A stretch of 64,000 nucleotides of DNA from Felis catus (taxonomy: Eukaryota). Made by a program: the position numbers and the translations under genes. The first letter of the stretch is position 1. The number at the start of each line of letters is the position of its first letter. The notes under the pieces were generated by a model. It saw only the letters and a list, made by a program, of their open reading frames with translations. It did no database searches and had not been told where the DNA came from. Below, one piece after another: positions 25,955 through 36,265 of the stretch. The DNA is taken from positions 147,066,001 through 147,130,000 of the forward strand of contig NC_058368.1 of the NCBI RefSeq assembly GCF_018350175.1. Direction: 5' to 3'.

Positions 25955-27111
25955 CCAAATTTTAAGTAATTCCAATGAGAAGCAAGTTTCCTTGAAAACT
26001 AAAATGAGGAATGATTGCTTTGAATATAATTTGTGTTACACCCTGCTTTTGCAAACTGAATCTTCCATGCAACATGAGCATGCAAAATTGTGGCATTGGA
26101 CTACTCTGACCGGCTGGGGAAGGGGCAAGGCTGCCCCAAACTCTTGTCGCATCTTCCCCTCTGCCCTCTAGCACCACCTCAAAGGCAATCCTGGGGTCCT
26201 GAGGAATATAATTAGAAAACTACCAATTTAAAACATTTTGGCATATTCAATTATTGCTTATATTGTACCTATTCCTCTTCTGGTTCAATGCTTGGCCACT
26301 CTACTCCCTAAAGCTACCCATAAATATGTACAGTTCCCTTAAGAGGAATGTAGTAATAGGGCATTATCACATGGCTACTTTAAATGAGGACATAGTTGGA
26401 AAACTTGCAAATTAAGATCTCCATCATTTTTCAATTAAAATATCCTATGCGTCTTTTATAGTGCAAACCGTTCTTAGATCATCCCACAGAGCTGGAGGTA
26501 TTAGACTTAATTTATAACATACTTTCAGATAACCATATTTTTTTTTCAACTATACACCTGCTATACTTATATCATCGGTAGACTAAGTTAAATATAAGAG
26601 ATTTTGATTACTTTATCAACTTTCCTTTTGGAAGAGTATTTGAAACTGAACTTAGAGAAATCCACTGGGAACAATTTCACAAGACTTCTTTTCCATTTCA
26701 ATTATTGTACCCTTTCAGGCTATTATGTAAAGGTGTTTATATAGCAAAAAAAAAAAGCTTGTTTTAAAAGTTCCTTTTTTTTCTCTATACTTAGGCAATA
26801 AATGTAAGTTACATTAATACCGTCCATTTAATATATTTTTATTTCTATACTAGCTAATGGTAAGAAAGATCTGAATAAAGTCTTAAATTTGGAGTTTGGT
26901 AATTATTATAGATTCTTTTTTTGGCTGGCATTTTATGAGAAACACTGTTTACCAACACCATATTGCTTAGTTCTTTCCAAATTACTTTTTGCCTGGAGAG
27001 AAAACCTGGATCTACTGGAATTATTTCCACTTAAATTATGTGCAGAGAAAATCATTTCTCATTTTGTTTTTCAAGGAAACGTGTTTCTCATTGGAATTAC
27101 TTAAAATTTGG
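25955..27111. repeat. Long-range inverted repeat with arms 25955-26016 and 27050-27111 (57/62 identical)
   Basis: The left arm ccaaattttaagtaattccaatgagaa... is the reverse complement of the right arm ...ttctcattggaattacttaaaatttgg; the outer 27 bp match exactly. Confidence 0.95.
26040..26225 (-). mobile_element. Probable ancient hAT-Charlie non-autonomous fragment
   Basis: Ends in cctggggtcctgaggaatataattagaaaactac, resembling a degenerate Charlie TIR. Confidence 0.4.
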
Positions 27112-27332
27112 TGAAATTAGAAAATAGAATTTTGTGCAAAACTTTGTATTCCAAAATTCCTGCTTACTCATTTCCCTTTTTTATTTCTTCATATCTTATA
27201 GGAATTTCTCTAGACTGCACGTAGGTGAAAGATACTGTCTCTTTCATTGCAACACCGAGTACGATTAACCTGTACACCCCTCCCCCCCCAGCCAAGAGTT
27301 TGGATTGCCTTTTTCCTTTCTGTTTTAAAACT

Positions 27333-27653
<321 letters not shown>

Positions 27654-29299
27654 AACGTTTTTTTCTTTCTTTATAGAAGTAGTTTTACTTATGATACTTG
27701 TTTATTGATGAAAGACATGGCAAAATAAGTATTTCAAAATTCTGTAACATTTTAAAATTAATTTTAATTTAATTCTTACCAGCAGTACCTACACACATTT
27801 TTTTTTTAAGTCCTGGAGACAACCCTCAGTATTTTAGGATTCTACAGTACCTTAGCAAACCCTCCGGCCCTCCTCCTTGTAGCCCACCTCCCTAATATGG
27901 GTAGTGGAGTTAGTGGGCGTGGGTAGGGTTTGCAGGACTCTGGTTGGGAGTCACTACATTTGTGTATAAACACATGTTTCAGAGAAGAAGGTTGGATGCT
28001 AAGGGAAGACATTTATTCTGTAAATGTTACTTTTTATATATAGTGTCCCCACACCAGTATCTGGCATACAACTGACGAACCATTTGGAAAGTTATTTCTA
28101 CATTGGTCTAAAGAGTAGAATTATCTGGCAATAATCATTAAAACTGCTGAGCTGTTACATGCTAAAAATGAATGTCAAATCTAGGAAGTTGAAACTTTAA
28201 TCCATTTTCATATACTCTTAAAATTTTTAATAAAATTCAAACTCTGTAGACTTATCATATAATCACTTTGGGAATTAAAAATATCACAATCTTGCCTGAC
28301 GAATCATCTTAATGGTCAGTGAAATTTGTATGCTATCTGTGATCTTACTTAGTGGATATGTCTCAATTTCTGCTTTATTACATTCCATTACCATGTTTTA
28401 TTCATCTGCCTATTCCTCTCCTGCTCAAAATTTTCAACCAAGAACAGAAAATGCTGTAACTTTTATGAAGGCTAACTCTCCCTCCTACCCAGTAAGCAAG
28501 ACTACGAGTCTCATTATGTTCTTGACAGACATATTTTTATCCATAATGAGCTAAGACAATATGTACCCTAAATTTACCTCGGCTTCTGTAATTGATCAAT
28601 TAGGAAGCATAAAGTATAGTCACTATGTTCTTATTTTCCCCTGACCTGTTTATGAGTAATCTTAAGCTTCTTTCATTTCAGTAGTCAAATTTAATGATCC
28701 CTGGTAAATCTGAAGATAGTCTGAGATGAATAGTCTAGATGAAAAGAGAGCAAGGTGTTTCTGATTAAATTTAGTTGTTCCTACAAGCATATCAGCCAGC
28801 ATATTATGTAAGTACCATTGGACAAGTGCAAACCTTTCTAATAATATTGGACACAGAATGATTAAATAGTAAAATCTCACACTACAGTATTGAACAAGAA
28901 TTTTCATGATGCCTATATTTCTGGATAATTATAGCTCTGTTTTCCACTTTGGTATTCAAGCAGAAAGAATCTACTTTAAAAGAAAATTTAAGTATCCCTC
29001 CTGTCATTCCAGGGTGTGGAAGAATATACTACAGCAGAGGGAACATGGCTGCCAAGGCAGCAGAAGACACTGATGATACCAGAAAATGCATTGACCTTAA
29101 AAAAAAATGTGCATATTCTGTAACTGAGAGCCAGGATTGCCCAGGTGATAAAGGCTTAATTGTTCTTCGAGCAAGAAGTAGACACAGAAGCAGTGAAGGC
29201 AAAGAGAAATATCAGTATGTGACACACTGCAGAGGATCCAGAGTGTTTTGGGTATACTGTAATGTATGATGATGGCATCAGTCATTAGACTGTGGAAAC

Positions 29300-30620
29300 A
29301 TAACAATAAACAGGTAATAACATTGCAAGATCATGAGTGCTAAGGTATGGAGAATGTTCCACGGGTTACCAAAAAAAGCTTTCTGACCCTGACAGGCCAG
29401 GCAAGTCTTTCTAGAATAAATGATATCTGAAGTAAATTCTAGAACTTTCCTAGTCAGAGTGTAATCCACCAGAGCACTGTCACCATTTAGAAACAGTTGT
29501 TAGAGATACAGAATCTTGTGTCCCAGCCTGAACCCACTGAAACAAATTTGTACGTTAACCAGATCTCCAGGTGATCTGTATGCACATTAAAGCTTAAAAA
29601 GCATTGTTCTGGAAGATAACTTGTAAGTAACTAAATGAATAGGCAGAAAGACAGCCTTCCAGACAGAGGGAGCAATGTGGGCGAGGGGCTTGAGGTAGAG
29701 ACAGCTGCCCTGTTCTGGGAAATGTAGGTACATACTGGTTAGGGTGGGAAAAAGGCAGTTTAATGGGAGAGGTTTCTGGGAATGAGGCAGAAGTGTGCAG
29801 AGGTTGGAGAATGATAGATATGCTATTTAAAGGAATTGGGCTTTCTACAAGATAACAATCAAGAGGATCATTTTTATATTTTTGTAAGATCCCTTTAGCT
29901 GATATAAGGAGAAATTTTTGGTGGAGAGCAAGTAGTAAGGAAGCGGAAAGACAAATTAGGAGTCTATTGTGGTAGTTAAAGGGGAAAAGGATGGTGACTT
30001 AAACTGGGTAAGGGCAATGGGCTGGAAAGAAGTACACACTTATATAAGGAATTTTAATAAAAAACTTAACAGACTCAGTGATTAATTGAACACTGGAGAT
30101 AGACAGGCTGTGAGTAAGGGTGAAGGAGAAATCCTACAAACTCAGATTTCTGGCATGGGCATTTGGGTGGTTGATGAAACCAATCCCTGGAAAGAAAAAT
30201 TGAATTTGGATGGAAAAGGTAAGCAACTTGTTCAACGCATTGAGTTTGAAATAATCTGTAGGACATTCGAGTGATGAGAGCTAGTGGTGGCTGGATATAG
30301 AGGCCTAGAGCTATAAATCTGGAGGTTGTCAACAGAGTTGTTAACAAAGGATGAAGAGTGGATTGTATGAACCTAGGGAGAGCATACAATTTGAAGGGCA
30401 AAAAAGAGGGTACAAGAAAGAATGTTGGGCAACAGGAAGAACAGCCTTAAGACATACCAGAAAGGATCAGGGTAGAAGAAAAAATAGCCTATTTTTATTT
30501 CCACGTCAAGAAAGAACTTACTAACTATGCCAAATGTAAAACCTTATTGCTAATATGAACTTCCTGAAAGCAGTTTCAAAAGAAGTGATGGGACAAAAGA
30601 GAGAGTAGAAAGTGAAAGGG
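29300..30620 (-). mobile_element. L2 LINE fragment interrupted by a MER5A-like MITE
   Basis: Purine-rich antisense L2 motifs (agccttccagacagagggagcaatgtg, ggagtctattgtggtagtt, cagatttctggcatgggc). Confidence 0.7.
29460..29610 (+). mobile_element. MER5A-like hAT MITE
   Basis: cagaatc...ttaaccagatctccaggtgatctgtatgcacattaaagcttaaaaagcattg. Confidence 0.75.
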
Positions 30621-30714
30621 ATGTGAAGAAATAATATTTGTTCATATTATGCAAACATTGTAACTGGGAAATTATGGAAATGATAATCATTAACCTGAAG
30701 ACATTTTGCTGTAG

Positions 30715-30788
30715 GGTCAAGAACAGATGAAACCCATGGGATCTCCCGGCGTTCGTTCCAAACTCGGAAGATCCAGACTGTGCTGTGA
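30715..30788 (+). CDS. Candidate terminal coding exon (…SRTDETHGISRRSFQTRKIQTVL*) of an unidentified gene
   Basis: cattaac branch-like site and ttttgctgtag acceptor, local CpG enrichment in unique sequence, TGA at 30786-30788, AATAAA at 30838-30843; reading frame is ambiguous. Confidence 0.25.
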
Positions 30789-31597
30789 TGACATGGCATT
30801 TTCACTCCCTGGACCTCACTAAGCCTTTGTTTTGAATAATAAATATCTTTAACGTATTGATGTCATTGTCAAGCTGTGATACATTTATCTATAGAAATAA
30901 TCTGAGCATGTTAACATTATTGTCTGGCAATTAAGCAAAATTCCAGGTAGATTAATGTTTAATTTAATGAGGCTAACATTTGAATTAAGAACTTGTGAGA
31001 TTAATGACATTGAGAAATGTCTAGAGTAAAGAACACTGTCACAAACAGGCTGCCACACAAACATCAAAGTCAGCCTTAATAAAAGTGCAAGCCTTCGTAA
31101 AGGGGAATTAGATGGCTGGAGACTGGACGGTGACTAAGGATTGCTGAAAACTGTGCCTGTAAGAATTCGAAGCATTGTAGGTGGTGGGAAGGAAGAACTG
31201 TCCACTGACCAGGCAGGATGGTCATCAGATACCACATGCATTTCTTTCCCTTTACTGCATTGTCCCTGCCCCTGGCCCAGATGGCAGACCACCGCCACCA
31301 ATTCAGGCACAGGTCCAAGTTCTTCACCAAGTTCTTTATTTCAGGAGTAAAAATTTATTAGGACGGGCGTAATTATTCCTGTTCAACAAGGGCAGAAACT
31401 GAGCTTATCGAGGTCCAGCAACTCAGGCAAGTCCCGTGAGTAGCAGGTGTCCTTGCTAGGACTCACAGTAGAGACTGGCAGTTGCTGAGGCTCATGTCAC
31501 AACAGCAAGGCCCCGCCTTCCAGGAACTCATTAGTACTTTTTAGGACTAGAGCTGGGGCTGTGTTTGAAATATAATGTTTAATATCCAAAGGTCCTC

Positions 31598-31795
31598 TTT
31601 TTTTTTTTAAATTAATTTATTTATTTTGAGAGAGAGAGAGAGTACAGAGAGATAGGGAGAGAGGGAATCCCAAGCAGGCCTCTGTGCTATCAGCACAGAG
31701 TCCGACGTGGGAGTTGAACCCACCAACCACGAGATCATGACCTGAGCCGAAATCAAGGGACGGATGCTTAACCAACTGAGTCACCTAGGTGCCCC
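31598..31795 (-). mobile_element. CanSINE
   Basis: Reverse SINE with gagatcatgacctgagccgaaatcaag; short TSD tcctcttt. Confidence 0.93.
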
Positions 31796-32789
31796 TCTTC
31801 CTCTTTCTCAGGACTAGACTATGTCTGTCTGAGTAACATTTGTATCAAGATAACTTCTTAAAATTACCTCATACGCAATTCTAAATCAGCAGTCTGAGCA
31901 CATTTTGCCAATCATTTTTCTAATCATACAATCTCATTCTTTGTAACATTTTGCTTGTACTTTCTACTCATATTATGCCCATTTTCTCATTTCACCTAGC
32001 TTTGTCTTCTTTGCCATACTATATTCTTCTCTCCTTCAAAATTATTCTTAATTTTTCCAGATTACTTATCTGTACAGGCTTCGTTTTCCCCAAATATTTA
32101 ATGTTTACTCATACTTGGTTTTACAGACATAAGGTACAGTTTATTTTATATGTGTGTCTAGTTTCACAGGTGTTGCTTAATGTTAATAATTCTGTATACT
32201 TACTATTTTGTGCTTCTAAGTTTACAAAGTGCGGGCATTATATCAATTAATTCTTCTTTTTTCTATATATATAATATCCCTCATTGTATTATCAATTCTA
32301 TCATGTTCTTTGTGAACTGAATAAATGTGGGATCTGCTAACACTGGGGGTTTTATAGATGGTTGTCTAATAGGTGGTTCACACTCATGTTCAGTCACATT
32401 CCCTCTCCTACAAGAGAGTTTCAGACAGGTGTGAAGCCTGAGGAAGCTGAGGGACGCTTTTGGGAACCAGACTGCATCCAGTCAAAAGTAAATCTAACCC
32501 TAGTGAGCAGACAGCATATAGCGAGAGTATCTAAAACAGAGTAGGAGGTCATCTGTGCTATGGGAAACAGCAAGTCCCCGGAAAAATGGTTCCACATCAC
32601 ATATCTGTATAGGAGGTATCATCTATATCCTGTGAGAATGTTGGGGCCCTGGAAGAGTCAAACCTCAGACGGTAGCATACTGTGTTACCTACATTTCCTG
32701 CCGTATGTAACATTTCCTTTAGTTTCCATAACTTTGCTATTAATGACATTCTATTTCATCTGTGTCTTTACACTTCTTTAGCCTGCTGC

Positions 32790-33850
32790 ATTACTTACCC
32801 CCTGAAAACCACAGACTCCCAAACTTTCTCATCTTACCTCTCTCAGTTATCAGCCAAAAAACAGGAAATCATACTTGATTTCCCTTTACCCTCAAACTCT
32901 ACATTCATTCTATTAAGTCAGATAAGTTCCCCTTAAAATTTAAATGGACTCTGTCCACTTCCCCTTATCTCCATTGCTATCACCCAAATTGAAAATCTCC
33001 TTTTCATTTCTCACCTGAATATTGAATACTTTTCTTAGATGATCCTCACTGGTCTCACTGCTTCTAATCCTGCCCTTCTAAAGTCAATTCTCTTCATAGT
33101 TGCCAAAAATAATTATTAATTCATTAATTCATTCAGTATCAATACAGAGCTCAATCTCACGACCCTGATGTAGGGCTTGAAATCATGACCCTGGGATCAT
33201 GACCTGAGCTGAAATCAAGAGTCTAACATCCAACCGACTGAGCCACCAAAGTAATCTTTTAAAAACACAGACAGTCAGATTACTCCTTTCTTGTGTAAAA
33301 TCTCCAAAGACTTCTCATGACTTTGAAAGCAAAGCACTGGTCTGGTATGTCCCGGGCCCTGCCCACCTCTCCAACCTCAATGACAGTGTGTCCTTGACTT
33401 GTTCAGACTCCATATTCCTCTGGCCAGTGTTCTGTCTTTTTCTGTAATATACTAAGTTTATTCCTGCATTAGGGCCTCAGTTTTGCCTTTCTCCACAGGA
33501 ACTTACTTTGCGTGATTTATACTCTCCCCTTATTCAAGTATTTACTGTACCCTCAAGTCTTTAGAGAAGTGGGCCCTCTGACTATCCTGGCTAAAATAGT
33601 AACCCCACTTCCATTCACATACACACACACACATTCACACACTTTTATCAGTTTTTCCCTCTTTTGGGTTTACTTCATGGCACTTTTCACTACCTGACAT
33701 TATTATCCTTTTAAAGTCTTTGTTGATCAGCATCTTTTCCACCAGATAAAAGCTCCCTAAGGGTGGGGATCTGGTCTATCTTAATCTTCCCTCTATCCCC
33801 AGTGTTTAGCATGATGGCATGTGCTCAGTAAATGTTGGTTGCAGAAACTG
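32790..33850 (+). mobile_element. L2 LINE 3' part containing a truncated CanSINE fragment (about 33125-33250, minus strand)
   Basis: ctgtccacttcccttatctccattgctatcacc...agggtggggatctggtctatcttaatc...gtgctcagtaaatgttggttg. Confidence 0.75.
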
Positions 33851-35323
33851 TTATTATTCCTAACCATCTTTTCAGGATTTGAAAAAAGGCCTGATAAAGG
33901 AAAATTTGAAAAAGGAAGGTCTGGCAGGGATGAGTTTCTAAGAGTCATCATGACAGGTTGCAGAGGCAGGATGTGATTTGGAGTTAGACTTGGACCTAGA
34001 CTAGCTGGAATAGCAAGTCTGTCCAGAACTGGCTCACTGTGTGTTCTTGGGCACTTACCTCTCTAAACCTGTGTATGGTTTTTGTTTTCTCTCTCGACTT
34101 GTAAATAGCAATAATGGTACCTACTTTTCACAGTTTTTGTAAAGATCAAATAGAGCTTCTATGAAAACCCTAGCATTCCGTCTACCACCGCAATTGGTTA
34201 ATCCTTATAGGGCTGTAACCAGTCAGGGGCAATACTATGGTCAGGACATTGACCTTATTATGAGTTAAAGTGACAAGTATTAATTCAATAAAACAAAATG
34301 TTTGGATTTCAGCAAATGTTCATCCTTATGTTAGGAAGACCATACAATAGTATTTGGAATACTATTTGGAATATTTAATATTTACTGTACCAAGGCTTTG
34401 TTAAACCTTACATTTTAGAAAATTACACACATTTTGAGCAGAGTGGACTAGTTTCCCATCGGATCAGAAACATCCATTGGCAACTGTAAATAGTTTCTCA
34501 ATTTGCTATTCTCCATGGTTTAAGGCACATTTTAAAATTGTAATTATTCTACCCTAAACTATTAAAAGGGCTGATAAACTAATCAAAGAAATTCCAAATC
34601 CTTCCAGATAGGATTTAATCTCCCCCCCCCCCCAACTAAAGAAGCCAAACTTATTACTCTACAAATAGATTTCATTTTATATGACTCTAACTGAATATAT
34701 AATATCTATTAAGTACATTTACACTTATATGAAGATTTTACTGTGTTCAGTAAAATGTGCATTTCTAATCTTACTAGAGTCTCCTCCTAATTAAAGAGCA
34801 TATAGCTGGTAGATTTAAAGAACTAAAAAAATGTTTTAAATTGTTTTAAAATATAATTTTTAAATAATAAAACCTTCCCATGCTTTCAGGGAAGAGTTTG
34901 TAACCTAGTGTGTTTATCTTATTCCTAGGAACAGAAAGTGAAAGTGTAGACCTTCCATTTCTAAATAATCTCATATAGAAATATAATATCCATTAAGGTA
35001 ACTTCAAAATTAAATTTCAGACCTTTATTACAAAAACAATAATGGGTATTGTTCATTAAAAAAGTGCCGTTCTGTTAGGAAATCTCAGTTGAAGTCATAA
35101 GCATGGCCTGTGATTTAGAGCAGGAGTGATTAAGAGCTGGAACGGGTGATAGCTTTTTTCAAAAGAACTCTTTAATCATGATGACTGAAACTATTCGAAA
35201 TTTATGCAAAGGCCTCAGGAATATTATGCTTCCAACCATAGAGATTCTTTATTTGTGAGCAGTGACTATATATAAATATAAATATAAATTATAAATAGAA
35301 GTATAAACATAAAGATAAATATA

Positions 35324-35507
35324 ATTTTTTTTTGAGAAGGGGGGGTGGATGAGCAGGGGAAGGGGCAGAAAGAGGGTAAGAGAGAATCTTAAGCAGGTAC
35401 CAAGCTCAGTGTAGAACCCAATGCGGGGCTTAATCTCATCATGAGATCATGACCTGAGCTGAAATCAAGAGTCGGTCGCTTAACCGACTGAGCCACCCAG
35501 GCGCCCC
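35324..35507 (-). mobile_element. CanSINE
   Basis: Reverse head ...gagccacccaggcgcccc and T tail. Confidence 0.92.
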
Positions 35508-35814
35508 AATTGTTAATATATTAAATGAAGAGACACTGAGGAATATGAAATAAACACCTCCTTCACTTACTCATTCATTCTCTCAGTCATTTAACACATT
35601 TGCTGAGTTCCAACTGTGTAGTAATCATGGTTCTGAAGGCTGGGATACAACAGTAAAGAAAGAAGAATGCAGTACAGGTAAATAGATGTTCCGACTCAAG
35701 TGTAAAGTACATGTTTAACCCAAGGTGAATAATGCAAGATATATAAATATATCTCTCAGAACAAAAAATATTTTGCATATTTAACCTGTTTTTGGGGAAT
35801 AAATCTTTTTTTAA

Positions 35815-36035
35815 TTAAAAAAAATTTTAATGTTTTATTTTATTTTTGAGAGACAGAGAGAGATAGAGCATGAGTGTGGGAGGAGCAGAGAGAGAGGGAG
35901 ACACAGAATCCGAAGCAGGCTCCAGGCTCTGAGCTGTCAGCACAGAGCCCGACGCGGGGCTTGAACCCACAAACCATGAGATCATGACCTGAGCTAAAGT
36001 CGGACGATTAACCGACTGAGCCACCCAGGTACCCC
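35815..36035 (-). mobile_element. CanSINE (younger, inserted into the tail of the next SINE)
   Basis: Full body; flanking taaatcttttttt repeats at 35800 and 36036. Confidence 0.93.
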
Positions 36036-36041
36036 TAAATC

Positions 36042-36265
36042 TTTTTTTTTAATTTTTAATTCTTTTTTTAAAGTTTATTTTGAGAGAGAGTGAATAAATG
36101 CAAGCAGGGGAGTGACAGAGGGAGGGAGAGAGAAAGAATCCCAAAAAGGCTCCCCACTGTCAGTGCAGAGCCTGAGGCAGGGCTCAAACTCACCAACCAT
36201 GAGATCATGACTTGAGATGAAACCAAGAGTTGGATGCTTAGCTGACTGAGCGACCCAGGTGCCCC
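36042..36265 (-). mobile_element. CanSINE (older member of the tandem pair)
   Basis: Full body; outer TSD ggggaataaatctt 35794-35807 / ggggagtaaatctt 36269-36282. Confidence 0.93.

Noticed and set aside
28949..29269. 106-aa ORF with an acceptor-like cattccag at about 29012
   Set aside because: No recognisable domain, a non-ATG start and weak donors.
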